Assembly (NCBI GenBank): GCA_038327005.1
Contig: JBBQKO010000001.1
Location: 1 to 56,348, forward strand
Direction: 5' to 3'
DNA length: 56,348 nt
DNA from: Chitinophagales bacterium
GTDB lineage: Bacteria; Bacteroidota; Bacteroidia; Chitinophagales; Chitinophagaceae
Positions within the stretch are counted from its first letter, which is position 1, and every line of letters begins with the position of its first letter. The translations under genes were made by a program, and so were the position numbers. This document shows positions 1 to 10,565 of the stretch, one piece after another. The notes beneath the pieces were generated by a model, which was not told the origin of the DNA, searched no databases, and saw nothing but the letters and a program-made list of their open reading frames with translations.

Positions 1-127
1 ACATACTGAACATATACAGAACAAGAATTGTAAAATCGATCATATAGCCCAATAGTCGTTTATGAAATGCGGCAATTTCAAACTCAATGTCGATATTAAA
101 GGGGGTAGAAATCTGGATTTCAGGCAT
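1..127 (-). CDS. RDD family membrane protein (5' part; runs off window)
   Basis: Manual translation MPEIQISTPFNIDIEFEIAAFHKRLLGYMIDF... matches the RDD N-terminus (R..A..ID); divergent from SpoIIM as usual in this cluster. Confidence 0.8.
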   Translation of the reverse strand, partial: MPEIQISTPFNIDIEFEIAAFHKRLLGYMIDFTILVLYMFSM

Positions 128-406
128 AGTACAAATTAGGTGATTATTATTAAAAGTATCAATTTTTTGGGTGCATCCCAAATCCAATAGCTATCTGATT
201 TCACATGCACCCTTTTTTTAGTGTCTTCTTAATTACCGGTAAGCCTATTAATCTTTGATAGCATCTTTACAACAAAAGGCATCTAAAAAATGTTTGGTTA
301 CCATCAGTTGGGTTGCGACGATTATAAAAACAACCTTTTTTGCAACATCAAAATTTCTAATTATACAATCGCATTTTTTGCGAACAAAATTTGCTACTTT
401 TAACAA

Positions 407-1426
407 ATGCGTGAAGGAATGTTCATTAAAAAAAATGTTGATAAATGGAATCAGTATCAGCATAATCCAACCAACGACCCCGATGAAACTGCAGAACGTT
501 TTATTACGCTGGTGGATGATCTTTCTTATGCAAAAACATTTTACCCCCGCAGTAAAGTAACCCGCTGGATCAACAGCATTGCCGCCAATATTTACCAAAG
601 CATTTATAAAAATAAAAAGGAAAAATATTCCCGGGTATTTACTTTTTGGAAGTACGAATTGCCTTTGTTGTTTAAAAAATACCATCGGTTATTACTGTTC
701 ACCTTTTTATTATTTTCATTGTTTGTAGCCATTGGCGTTTTTAGTTCGGTAAAGGATGAAAGCTTTATCCGGGGCGTGTTGGGAGACCGATATGTAGACA
801 TGACAGAAGACAATATTGCAAAAGGGGATCCTTTCGGTGTGTACAAAAGCGATAATCCATTTACCATGTTTGTACAGATTGCCATGAATAATACGTTTGT
901 TTCATTGTTGATGGTTATGGGGGGCATATTGGTGGGATTTGGGACTATTTATGCCATGTGGCAAAATGGATTGATGCTGGGGTGTTTTCAATATATGTTC
1001 TTTGCTAAAGGGTTGGGATTGCAATCAATATTGGTGATTTGGGTACATGGCACTTTGGAGATACTTTCTATTGTTATAGCCGCAACCGCAGGCCTGGTAA
1101 TTACCCAGGGCATTCTTTTTCCGGGTACTTTTTCGAGGATAGATTCTCTTAAACATGGGGTAAAAGATGCGTTGAAAATAATGATCGTACTGGTGCCGGT
1201 TTTTATTCTGGCCTCTTTTTTTGAAAGCTATGTTACCCATTTAATGAGTAATACATTTGATGCCCATAAAAACAGTGGACTACCGGTGTGGGGTAGTGTC
1301 GTCATTCTATCTAGTTCCCTTTTATTTATTGTGTGGTATTTTGTTATTTATCCAATCCGCTTACACAAAAATGGTTACCAAATTCAAAAGGATGGGGTAC
1401 TAAAAATACCGGTAACTACAGTATGA
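407..1426 (+). CDS. SpoIIM (DUF95) family membrane protein
   Basis: MRE..F...N..KW start, DDLSYAKTFYP, NG.MLG and HGTLEI motifs; multiple TM segments. Confidence 0.88.
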   Translation: MREGMFIKKNVDKWNQYQHNPTNDPDETAERFITLVDDLSYAKTFYPRSKVTRWINSIAANIYQSIYKNKKEKYSRVFTFWKYELPLLFKKYHRLLLFTFLLFSLFVAIGVFSSVKDESFIRGVLGDRYVDMTEDNIAKGDPFGVYKSDNPFTMFVQIAMNNTFVSLLMVMGGILVGFGTIYAMWQNGLMLGCFQYMFFAKGLGLQSILVIWVHGTLEILSIVIAATAGLVITQGILFPGTFSRIDSLKHGVKDALKIMIVLVPVFILASFFESYVTHLMSNTFDAHKNSGLPVWGSVVILSSSLLFIVWYFVIYPIRLHKNGYQIQKDGVLKIPVTTV

Positions 1427-2262
1427 TTTTTTACAGAACCGTCATATCAATCCTTGCAATATTGTGTTGTTCATTTTGTGCCGTGGCGCAAGATAACAAT
1501 TACGTGTACCAGGATACTGCCATTTTGCAAAAAGATTCAATAGAGGCTGCTACCAGAGCCATCGAATTGGCACGGGAAGACGCGGGCACTGCTGACTTAG
1601 CCGAAACAGATGATTATGATGACTATCTTGCTGATACCCTACTAAAGAACAATCAACTCTCCATTGATCCGGATTCTATCCAGACTTTAAGAAATTCCAG
1701 GTCGTTTGCTTATTCAAAAAATCTGGATTCATTGCTACTGGCTTACCAACAGGCACATGAAAAGGAGGAGGACCAGCCCAAAAGCAGGTCTTTACTGGAA
1801 CGTTTTTTTTCATCAGAACTAACCAAATATTTTTTCTGGATGCTGGCTGCAGTTTTTGTTGCATTCGTTCTTTATAAGTTATTTTTTACAGAAGGATTTT
1901 TTCAACGCTCTTATGCTAAATCCAATGTTACACCGCTGGAAGATGAATCCAATGAGTTATCCAAAACTGCTGACTATGCAAAACTGGTAGCCCTTGCAGT
2001 TAGCAAAGGCGATTATCGCCTGGCAGTTCGATATCATTATCTTCAAACGCTTCAAAAACTTTCCTTAAAAGGATTGATACAGTTTGCGTCGGATAAAACC
2101 AATTATGAATATGTTAGAGAATTGTCGGGCAAATCATTCAAAAATGATTTTGCAGCATTAACCCTTAATTACGAATATGTATGGTATGGCGAGTTTGAAG
2201 TAGACGAGATGATTTTTAATACCATTCAAAATAAATTCAATCAGTTTAACAACGAGGTATAA
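1423..2262 (+). CDS. DUF4129 domain-containing protein
   Basis: Signal peptide from ATG 1423 (overlaps upstream stop), one TM helix, C-terminal YRLAVRY..L...KTNYEY...YEYVWYG. Confidence 0.8.
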   Translation: MIFYRTVISILAILCCSFCAVAQDNNYVYQDTAILQKDSIEAATRAIELAREDAGTADLAETDDYDDYLADTLLKNNQLSIDPDSIQTLRNSRSFAYSKNLDSLLLAYQQAHEKEEDQPKSRSLLERFFSSELTKYFFWMLAAVFVAFVLYKLFFTEGFFQRSYAKSNVTPLEDESNELSKTADYAKLVALAVSKGDYRLAVRYHYLQTLQKLSLKGLIQFASDKTNYEYVRELSGKSFKNDFAALTLNYEYVWYGEFEVDEMIFNTIQNKFNQFNNEV

Positions 2263-2266
2263 TAGC

Positions 2267-3472
2267 TTGATAAAAAAGATTACATATTGTATTTGCATTG
2301 TACTTGCTACTGTACTTTTCGAATCCTGCGGGTTCGGAAAAGAGGAGCTTCCACCGTTGAATGAAACCTACAGCCAGAAAGATAAAAATCCCTTTGGAGC
2401 ATTTGTTTTGCATGAGCAGTTGCAGCATTTGTATTATCACAACAACCTGCGTCCTGTTAAAAGCAATTTTGAAACCACCTGGCAAACTATTTCAGATACC
2501 GCCTCTGTTTACATCAATATCAGCAAGCATCTTTCTTTATCAGCAGCCGATATTACAGCGATGCTTGCTTATGTTGACAATGGGAATAGCCTCTTTATAT
2601 CCAGCAATTTTATTGACGAACATTTACTGGATACGCTGGGGTGCGAAGTACTAACCAATCATTACCGCCAATCTTTTGGTGAAATGAAAAAGACTTCGGT
2701 AAATCTAAGCAGCCAGGTTTACAATGATTCTGCTGCCTATCAATATTTTTATGTTCCGTTTTACAATCATTTTACAAAAAGGGATACACTTTATTCCAGG
2801 GGGCTGGGCAGCAATTCATGGGGTACAAATTATATAGTGGTATTTTATGGCAAAGGCCGTTTTTATCTTCATACTGATCCGAGGGCCTTGAGTAATTATT
2901 TTTTATTGCAAAAAGATAACTACAAATATTTTCAGCAGGTATTTTCGTTTACGCCCGACATACCTCAACATGTTTATTGGGATGATTATTATAATAGAAA
3001 AAATCACCCAAAAGATCAAGCCGGGAATAAAACCGGGCTTGCTGTTTTATTGAAATACCCTGCCATGGCCTGGGCTTTCTGGCTGCTGATGTTATTGTTT
3101 GGTTTGTACATCCTGTTTGGTGGTAAGCGCAGACAGCGGATTATAGACCCCATTGCTCCCAATGCCAATACCACAGTGGCTTTTACAGAAACAATCGGTC
3201 GTCTTTACCTGCAGCAAAAAGACAATCACAATATTGCCAACAAACTGATTACCTATTTGCTGGAGCATATCCGCAATCAATATTTCTTGAACACCAGTCA
3301 AATCAATGATGAGTTTATCAGTGCCCTTAGCCGTAAAAGTAACAATTCGAAAGAAGGTACCGAGAGGCTGTTTAAACGAATCAATACCATACACCAGTCT
3401 ATGGAAGTAAGTGATCAGCAGTTGTTATTATTGAATCAGCAAATTGAAAATTTTTATAAAAATCAACTATAA
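2267..3472 (+). CDS. DUF4350 domain-containing protein
   Basis: TYS.KDKNPFG, GKRRQRII, F..TIGRLY motifs; sits directly upstream of MoxR. Confidence 0.72.
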   Translation: MIKKITYCICIVLATVLFESCGFGKEELPPLNETYSQKDKNPFGAFVLHEQLQHLYYHNNLRPVKSNFETTWQTISDTASVYINISKHLSLSAADITAMLAYVDNGNSLFISSNFIDEHLLDTLGCEVLTNHYRQSFGEMKKTSVNLSSQVYNDSAAYQYFYVPFYNHFTKRDTLYSRGLGSNSWGTNYIVVFYGKGRFYLHTDPRALSNYFLLQKDNYKYFQQVFSFTPDIPQHVYWDDYYNRKNHPKDQAGNKTGLAVLLKYPAMAWAFWLLMLLFGLYILFGGKRRQRIIDPIAPNANTTVAFTETIGRLYLQQKDNHNIANKLITYLLEHIRNQYFLNTSQINDEFISALSRKSNNSKEGTERLFKRINTIHQSMEVSDQQLLLLNQQIENFYKNQL

Positions 3473-4449
3473 TGGAAGAAAGTATTTTTCAGCAGCGCAT
3501 CGATCTTTCCGGACTTAACCATAGTATGGATAGCATAAGAAGCGAAATTGGTAAAGTGATTATTGGTCAGCATAAAATGCTCGACCTGTTAATGATTGGT
3601 TTGTTATGCGATGGACATATTTTAATTGAAGGTGTACCCGGTGTTGCAAAAACGTTAACTGCCAAGCTCATGGCAAAGGTGATTGATGTAGATTTTTCGA
3701 GGATTCAATTTACACCCGATCTAATGCCGAGCGATGTGGTGGGCACATCTGTTTTTAATCCCAAGGAAGGCGATTTTTATTTTAAGCCCGGACCTGTTTT
3801 CAGCAATATCATTTTGATTGACGAGATAAACCGTGCGCCTGCAAAAACCCAGGCCGCCTTGTTTGAGGTGATGGAGGAACGGCAGGTAACCGTTGACGGT
3901 ATTACGCATGAAATGCGTTTCCCCTTTATCATATTGGCAACGCAAAATCCGGTAGAGCAGGAGGGTACTTACCGCCTGCCGGAAGCTCAACTGGACCGTT
4001 TTATTTTTAAAATTGATGTTCAATATCCTTCACTTGAAGAAGAGATTGGTATACTCAATAACCAGCATGGACGCACGCAGGCACAGTTACTATACGAAGT
4101 AGTTAAGATTATATCGCCCATGGATATTAATAATTTCAGGTCCACAATTCAGTCGGTGATCATTGAACCAAGGCTGGTAGAATACATTGCTAAAATTGTG
4201 ATAGAAACCCGTAATAATCCCGCTTTGTATTTGGGAGCTTCGCCGAGGGCTTCACTGGCAATACTAAGGGCGTCAAAAGCCAATGCAGCCATCAAGGGAC
4301 GTGATTTTGTTACACCTGAAGATATTAAGGAGATGGCCACGCCGGTGCTAAGGCATCGCATCATTCTTACTCCCGAAAAGGAGATGGAAGGCATTTCACC
4401 AGATGAATTGATTGATAGTATTTTGAAAGCGATTGAAGTGCCGAGGTAA
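3472..4449 (+). CDS. moxR: MoxR family AAA+ ATPase
   Basis: EGVPGVAKT Walker A, RIQFTPDLMPSD, DEINRAPAKTQAALFE, ATQNPVEQEGTY.LPEAQLDRF. Confidence 0.95.
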   Translation: MEESIFQQRIDLSGLNHSMDSIRSEIGKVIIGQHKMLDLLMIGLLCDGHILIEGVPGVAKTLTAKLMAKVIDVDFSRIQFTPDLMPSDVVGTSVFNPKEGDFYFKPGPVFSNIILIDEINRAPAKTQAALFEVMEERQVTVDGITHEMRFPFIILATQNPVEQEGTYRLPEAQLDRFIFKIDVQYPSLEEEIGILNNQHGRTQAQLLYEVVKIISPMDINNFRSTIQSVIIEPRLVEYIAKIVIETRNNPALYLGASPRASLAILRASKANAAIKGRDFVTPEDIKEMATPVLRHRIILTPEKEMEGISPDELIDSILKAIEVPR

Positions 4450-4477
4450 AGAAACGGTACACTAAATGACACAAAGG

Positions 4478-4698
4478 AAAGGCCCCTTAATCCCCTAAGG
4501 GGAAAAGCCCCCTAAATCCCCCGAAGGGGAAAAGCCCCCTAAATCCCCCGAAGGGGGACTTTGAAAGACTCCGATGAAGCAGGTCTTTTGTGGAATAGTG
4601 GGAAATGATAATTTTAAAAATGGAACTGATTCAATGAAGATAAAAGAAACATCAAATTCGCAGACACCAAAATTCCTCCTTGGGGGATTGAGGGGGCT
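4478..4698. repeat. GC-rich palindromic (REP/MITE-like) element: three tandem ~27-nt left arms plus one inverted right arm
   Basis: AAAGCCCCCTAAATCCCCCGAAGGGG(G)A at 4504 and 4531, degenerate copy at 4478; inverted copy AATTCCTCCTTGGGGGATTGAGGGGGCT at 4671-4698. Confidence 0.8.
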
Positions 4699-6010
4699 CT
4701 ATTTACCCAACCGGTTTTACCTGCTGTTGGGGATTTGTATTGTTTTATTTATCACCGCTTTTTTTGTGCCTGCCTTATTGATACTTCCAACAACGCTTGT
4801 TTATTTGTTGCTGGCATTAATGATAGCAGATTATATTTTTCTTTTCTTGCTGAGTAAGCCACCGCTGGCAAACAGAATTACGGCAGAGCGCTTTAGTAAT
4901 GGTGACGAAAATAAAGTAATGTTACAGGTTACCAATACCATGCGTTTTGAAGTGGAGATGGAAATCATAGACGAATTACCAGTGCAATTTCAAAAGCGGG
5001 ACCTTGTTTTTAAACATCGGTTTAAACCCGGACAGGTAAAAAAAATCGGCTATAGTTTGCGGCCTGCCGAAAGAGGTGAATATTATTTCGGTGACATTAT
5101 TTTATACACGAGATCTATGCTTGGGCTGGTGATGCAACGGCACAATGTGGATGCGGCAGCAACCGTATCTGTATTTCCGTCTTTTATGCAATTACGCAAA
5201 TATGAATTGCTTTCTCAAACAACGATACAATCGGAGCATGGCAATAAACGGATGCGCAAGATTGGCCACAGCATGGAGTTTGAGCAGATAAAGGAATATG
5301 TAAGGGGCGATGATATCCGCACCATTAACTGGAAAGCTACCGCACGAAAGTCATCGCTGATGGTAAACAATTACACCGATGAAAAAAGCCAGCAGGTGTA
5401 TTGCATCATTGATAAAGGGCGTTTGATGAAAATGCCTTTTTCCAACCTGAGTCTGCTGGATTATGCCATTAACAGCACCCTTGTTTTGAGCAATGTTTGT
5501 TTGCAAAAACAAGATCGGGTAGGGCTGATTACTTTTGATAATAAAATGGGCACCATGCTGGCGGCTGACAGAAAGCCGATACAGCAGGCGAATATGTTGC
5601 AGCTATTGTACAACCAGGAAACTTCCTTTTTAGAAAGTGATTATGAGATGCTCTACATGCAATTAAGGGCCAGAATCAAGCAACGAAGTTTAATGATTTT
5701 GTTTACCAATTTTGAATCGGTATCTGGTTTAAAACGTCAGTTGAATTTTTTACGATCTATTGCAAAGCACCATTTGTTGATGGTGGTATTTTTCGAAAAT
5801 ACAGAGCTTAAACAACTGTCGTCTATTGAAGCCGCCAACCTGGAAGAAGTATATGCTAAAACAATTGCTGAAAAATTTGCCTACGAAAAAAGACTCATTG
5901 TAAAAGAACTCTCCAAATATGGAATACTTTCCATTTTAACAGCACCCGAAAATCTCACCATCAACGCCATTAACAAATACCTTGAGTTAAAGGCGCGGCA
6001 GGCTATTTAG
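4574..6010 (+). CDS. DUF58 (vWA-like) MoxR partner; start may be ATG 4634
   Basis: G.SMEFEQIKEYV.GDDIR.INWKATAR motif; follows moxR. Confidence 0.9.
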   Translation: MKQVFCGIVGNDNFKNGTDSMKIKETSNSQTPKFLLGGLRGLYLPNRFYLLLGICIVLFITAFFVPALLILPTTLVYLLLALMIADYIFLFLLSKPPLANRITAERFSNGDENKVMLQVTNTMRFEVEMEIIDELPVQFQKRDLVFKHRFKPGQVKKIGYSLRPAERGEYYFGDIILYTRSMLGLVMQRHNVDAAATVSVFPSFMQLRKYELLSQTTIQSEHGNKRMRKIGHSMEFEQIKEYVRGDDIRTINWKATARKSSLMVNNYTDEKSQQVYCIIDKGRLMKMPFSNLSLLDYAINSTLVLSNVCLQKQDRVGLITFDNKMGTMLAADRKPIQQANMLQLLYNQETSFLESDYEMLYMQLRARIKQRSLMILFTNFESVSGLKRQLNFLRSIAKHHLLMVVFFENTELKQLSSIEAANLEEVYAKTIAEKFAYEKRLIVKELSKYGILSILTAPENLTINAINKYLELKARQAI

Positions 6011-6206
6011 TTGATGGTTGATGGTTGATGGTTGATGGTTTGTGAGTTTGATGAGGTTATGCTGTTGGTTAGTTGTAAAAATTAATTGTTGCATCTTCGT
6101 TTTTATCCAAGTCAGATTTTCCAATTTAATTTGTTATCAATTATCAACGAACAAGTAACTATTAACAAACAGCGATCAACGAACCATCAACATTCAACCA
6201 TCAACC
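6010..6206. repeat. Inverted heptamer tandem arrays (GTTGATG)n ... (CATCAAC)n
   Basis: Four GTTGATG units from 6010; complementary AACCATCAAC/ATTCAAC/CATCAAC units at 6182-6206. Confidence 0.75.
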
Positions 6207-6232
6207 TTTATTACCTTTACTAAAAAATAATT

Positions 6233-7015
6233 GTGGCTCGTAAACAGACCTATCATTCCAAACACATCAATCAATTAATTGCGGCGGGCGAGGCTCCGAT
6301 AAAGAAGGAGCGTACCGAAAGAATCCCGATTGATCCTGCCATACAATTACCCTATGCGGAGGGCAAGGTGTTGCTAATAGATAAGCCGCTGCACTGGACA
6401 TCGTTTGATGTGGTGCGAAAGATGAGGGGCATTTTGCAGATTAAAAAAATCGGACATTCGGGTACACTGGATCCGCTTGCAACTGGTCTGCTTATTGTTT
6501 GTACCGGTAAGTTTACCAAAAAGATAAACGAGTACATGGCGCAGGAAAAAGAATATACCGGTCATATTACTTTAGGTGCTGTTACACCCACCTACGATTT
6601 AGAGAGTTTACCTGTTGATGAAAAAGAATTTTCCTTTTTTACGGATGAAATGATATATGCTGCAGCGGCACAATTTACCGGTACCATTGACCAGTTTCCT
6701 CCCGTTTATTCGGCCATTAAAAAAGAAGGTGTGGCATTGTACGAACTTGCCCGAAGAGGAGTGGATGTAGAATTGGAGGCAAGAAAGATTACCATTCACC
6801 AATTTGAGATTACCAATATTGAATTACCAGTTGTAAGCTTTAAAGTAGTATGCTCCACCGGAACGTACATACGCAGTCTGGCAAATGATTTTGGCGCTGC
6901 ATTGGGATGCGGTGGCTATTTAAGTAATTTAAGAAGAACGCGGATTGGAGTATTTGAAACTGCCGATGCGATGTCGATGGAGCAGTTTGAAGAAAGTATC
7001 AAACCCACCACCTGA
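6233..7015 (+). CDS. truB: tRNA pseudouridine(55) synthase
   Basis: IDKP..WTSFDVV, KIGHSGTLDPLATG, CSTGTYIRSLA. Confidence 0.97.
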   Translation: MARKQTYHSKHINQLIAAGEAPIKKERTERIPIDPAIQLPYAEGKVLLIDKPLHWTSFDVVRKMRGILQIKKIGHSGTLDPLATGLLIVCTGKFTKKINEYMAQEKEYTGHITLGAVTPTYDLESLPVDEKEFSFFTDEMIYAAAAQFTGTIDQFPPVYSAIKKEGVALYELARRGVDVELEARKITIHQFEITNIELPVVSFKVVCSTGTYIRSLANDFGAALGCGGYLSNLRRTRIGVFETADAMSMEQFEESIKPTT

Positions 7016-7209
7016 CAGTAGTTTATTTTGAGAATCAGGTTGACACTAAGTTCTTTAAAAGGTATTTAATTCAATAATATTTTTTAAATGGCTTTTTGAA
7101 ATGATTTTAATCCTTGCTTTATAAATTTTACGCATTTGCTAATCGCCTGAAATTGTCATCTGTTGAATATTCGGGGACCAGTTTGCATAACTCGTCTTTA
7201 GTGATAGCT

Positions 7210-9690
7210 TTAAAAAGGATAACTCAACCCAATGGTAAAGTTGAAATTCTCATAGCGCCAAATTCGGTTTCTATAGATGGTTGAGCCCGGACTAATCGGG
7301 TCACCTTTTTTAAATAAATTGTTGAAAGTTATATTTGGTATCTGCCAGCCGTCATTTTTTGCAATATCGGGTCGTTTAAACCGAAAACCTAAATCAAACC
7401 TCAAAAGGAAATAATTAAAATCAAATCTAAAACCGGTGCCAGCGGTTACGCCTAACTGTTTGTACAAACGGTTGAAATTAAACTGCAGGGTATCGGTGCC
7501 GCCGCCAGGTCTGGTGTTCTTAAAATTCCATACATTGCCGGCATCCACAAAAAAAGCCCCTCTTAGTATCAGCGAGTTGGGGATGATTTGTGCAATATCA
7601 TAGCGGTACTCTCCATTCAATTCCAACCTGATATCTCCGGTACGGTCATTTAAGGTACGTGAATTATAGGGTGCCAATGTCTTAGATCCGGGGCCAATTC
7701 CACGGATGGGCCAGCCTCTCATACTGTTTGCACCTCCTGAAAAATATTGCTTGAAAAAGGGGAGTGTGGTATCGCCTTTTCCTATTGGGATGCCCACACC
7801 TGCAGAGGAACGGAACGTGACGGATGATTTTGCTTTCTGCACGGTGTAAGTGTATTCTACATCCGTTTTTATAAACTGTCGGAGCAGGTTATTGAAAGTA
7901 CTTAACCGGCCAAGCAGTAGCCCGGACTCTTCAATATTCCACCTGAAAAACCGTTGATGATTTAATTTTTTTGGATTGATATAAGTAGAAGTATATCCGT
8001 AGTTGAGTACCCCGATTACCAACGCCGTATTGAATGAATAGCGCAGGAAAGGGTTTAACGAAAGTGTTTTTTTAAAGCTATCGGATTGGTTATAGAGGTA
8101 GGAGTATTCAATATTTAAAAACTTAAAAAGATTTTTTCTGTTGGGATGTTTGACACTGGTAAATTCATTACCGAATGTGGCGGTGGCGGATAACTGGTTG
8201 AATAGATCAATTCTGTTGGTGAATGCTGGTATTAAATTAATGAAAGTATGTTGCGAAACCAGTTTCTTATTGGCGTAAAATAAATTGATTGGGCCCAGCA
8301 GCTTGGGAAAAGAAATGGTATTGGTATAACTCAATTCATTGGAGTTAATTTTCCTGTTCGACCCTCCCTGGGCATTTAAATTTAATTCAATCCCGGCCCG
8401 GATTGCATGGGTCATTTTGGTGCCGGTTCTGGCAACATTCCTGTTTTGTAAAGATACATTGGTAGAAAGCCCCAACAAGTTGCCTGCATTGGCAATACTG
8501 GCGCTGTTGGTATTGCTGTTGGCAGAATAACTTGCTTCAATACCTGCTTCAAATCCATATTTTTTGGCAGGCAATAATTGCACAATCATATTCACTTTTC
8601 CAAGGCTATCCTTTAATTCGTCTATTTGAATATTGGTATTTTGCCACACACCCAATTTCGAAAAATTACTGATCGTTTTTGCATAATTTTCCTGACTGTA
8701 CACTTGTCCTTTCGCCATGGCCATGTTTCCAACCAGTAAACCGTTTTTTACAATTTTTTTGTGGTAACGAATAATAAAGCCACTTCTGGTAGTATCTGTA
8801 TAGTAAGGGGCTTTATTGTTTACATCCTCCTGGGTAAAGTCGGGATAAATAACAATGGTGTTGATATAGTATTTTGTAAGCGACAATGAATCGGCAGCAG
8901 GGTTCAGTACCATGGCCAGTTTGATGGTGGGCTTGTCTCGTTTTTGATTGGCTTCCTCCAATAACAACAAACTTTCAAATGGATTGTCTGATACGTTTGT
9001 TAATGCAGCGATGGTAGAATCACCACGAAGTTTAAGATTATCAGAAGTGAATTTATAATATCCATTGTTTCTATACAATTCAACCAGCCTGCTCGTTTCG
9101 CCCAATATGTCGGCCTTTGTAACGGGATTTCCTTCTACTAAAAAAGATTTCGGCCTGGTGTCCAAAGCCAACTGCTGAAGCTCTGGTTGTTTTAATCGGT
9201 AACTCATGGTATCAATCACAGTAGGATTTCCCGCATCGATCATATACTTTACATACACCCGTTCCTGCTTTTCCCGTTTCACATATAACCAGCCAATTTT
9301 CAGGGCAGTGTATTTTACGGTATCCACTTTCACAGAATCTTTTGCCTGGTAATAACCAAGGTGCAGCAAAGAGCCTTTCATGTTTTTTGAAGAGATGGCC
9401 GTATAGGCGCTATCGTAAGCTGGTGGCTTTACAATTACATGCCGCAAAAAGAGAAAGTCACGTACGATCACTTTTGCGCTGTCATCTAATTGGCTATATA
9501 ATTTTTGCTTCAGCGAATTTTTTTGATCTTTGGTAAATTTTCCCCCGGTTACCTCAATGGTATTGCTAAACAAAATGGGTTTATTTTTTTGGTACTCTTT
9601 TGGTACGGTGCAGGAAGAAAGTATGAGGGAAAAGAAAAGTAACTTTTTCAGATATTTCAACACGTTTATTTTATCAGTCACACTAAACAA
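7210..9690 (-). CDS. BamA/TamA (Omp85) family outer membrane protein, probable lipoprotein (TamL-like)
   Basis: Lipobox-like LSSC, GG.NSMRGW loop motif, C-terminal IGLSYPF. Confidence 0.85.
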   Translation of the reverse strand: MFSVTDKINVLKYLKKLLFFSLILSSCTVPKEYQKNKPILFSNTIEVTGGKFTKDQKNSLKQKLYSQLDDSAKVIVRDFLFLRHVIVKPPAYDSAYTAISSKNMKGSLLHLGYYQAKDSVKVDTVKYTALKIGWLYVKREKQERVYVKYMIDAGNPTVIDTMSYRLKQPELQQLALDTRPKSFLVEGNPVTKADILGETSRLVELYRNNGYYKFTSDNLKLRGDSTIAALTNVSDNPFESLLLLEEANQKRDKPTIKLAMVLNPAADSLSLTKYYINTIVIYPDFTQEDVNNKAPYYTDTTRSGFIIRYHKKIVKNGLLVGNMAMAKGQVYSQENYAKTISNFSKLGVWQNTNIQIDELKDSLGKVNMIVQLLPAKKYGFEAGIEASYSANSNTNSASIANAGNLLGLSTNVSLQNRNVARTGTKMTHAIRAGIELNLNAQGGSNRKINSNELSYTNTISFPKLLGPINLFYANKKLVSQHTFINLIPAFTNRIDLFNQLSATATFGNEFTSVKHPNRKNLFKFLNIEYSYLYNQSDSFKKTLSLNPFLRYSFNTALVIGVLNYGYTSTYINPKKLNHQRFFRWNIEESGLLLGRLSTFNNLLRQFIKTDVEYTYTVQKAKSSVTFRSSAGVGIPIGKGDTTLPFFKQYFSGGANSMRGWPIRGIGPGSKTLAPYNSRTLNDRTGDIRLELNGEYRYDIAQIIPNSLILRGAFFVDAGNVWNFKNTRPGGGTDTLQFNFNRLYKQLGVTAGTGFRFDFNYFLLRFDLGFRFKRPDIAKNDGWQIPNITFNNLFKKGDPISPGSTIYRNRIWRYENFNFTIGLSYPF

Positions 9691-9711
9691 TATAAAAAAA
9701 TTTAAGAAATT

Positions 9712-10452
9712 ATGTTAAGCAAAACATATACCAAATATATCCAAAGTTTACACCATAAAAAATTCAGAGATGCCGAAAATGTTTTCATCGCCGAAGGTAG
9801 TAAAGTAGTGATGGAGTTATTGACTTCTTCCAAAATTGTTTGTGAACACATTTTGGGAAAAGCAGACTGGCTCAATGAACATGAACACGCCATCAGAAGC
9901 CATTACAAAGGCCCAATGGAAATAGTAGAAGATTTTGAGCTGGAAAAAATATCCGCCTTAAGTACGCCCAACCAGGTATTGGGCATTTTTAAAAAACTGA
10001 AACAAGGTTCCGTGAATGTGGCAGGGCAACTATCTCTTACATTGGATACCATACAGGATCCTGGTAACCTGGGCACCATCATCCGCACAGCAGACTGGTT
10101 TGGTGTTACCAACATCATTTGTTCAGATAACTGTGCGGATATTTACAATCCCAAAGTTGTGCAAAGCACGATGGGTAGCTTTGGAAGAGTAGAAGTGGTG
10201 TACACCAACCTGGTTGAATTTTTGAATCGAAATAGCAGTATTCCAATCTATGCAGCGGCACTCAACGGCAAAAGCGTGGATGAATTAAAGGGGATCAAAG
10301 AAGGAATCCTATTAATTGGTAACGAATCAAAAGGGATCAGTGCAGCAATCATGCAACTGGCCACTGAAAAAATTACCATCCCTAAGTTTGGAGTGGCAGA
10401 ATCATTGAATGCAGCGGTAGCAACCGGGATCATATTATCACATATACGGTAA
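9712..10452 (+). CDS. TrmH/SpoU family RNA methyltransferase
   Basis: IQDPGNLGTIIRTADWFG, GNESKG, ESLNAAVA. Confidence 0.95.
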   Translation: MLSKTYTKYIQSLHHKKFRDAENVFIAEGSKVVMELLTSSKIVCEHILGKADWLNEHEHAIRSHYKGPMEIVEDFELEKISALSTPNQVLGIFKKLKQGSVNVAGQLSLTLDTIQDPGNLGTIIRTADWFGVTNIICSDNCADIYNPKVVQSTMGSFGRVEVVYTNLVEFLNRNSSIPIYAAALNGKSVDELKGIKEGILLIGNESKGISAAIMQLATEKITIPKFGVAESLNAAVATGIILSHIR

Positions 10453-10565
10453 AGAGGGTGGTTACCATTATGCAGTAAATAAATAGTTGTTTATTTCCAG
10501 TAAAGCCTGTATTCCTTTACTGGTAAAGGTTTAAGTGAATGTGCAATAATTGGTTCAGTAAATCA

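Noticed and set aside
4478-4562. Direct repeats as a mini CRISPR array
   Set aside because: Units are directly adjacent with no spacers, an inverted copy follows, and no cas genes are present
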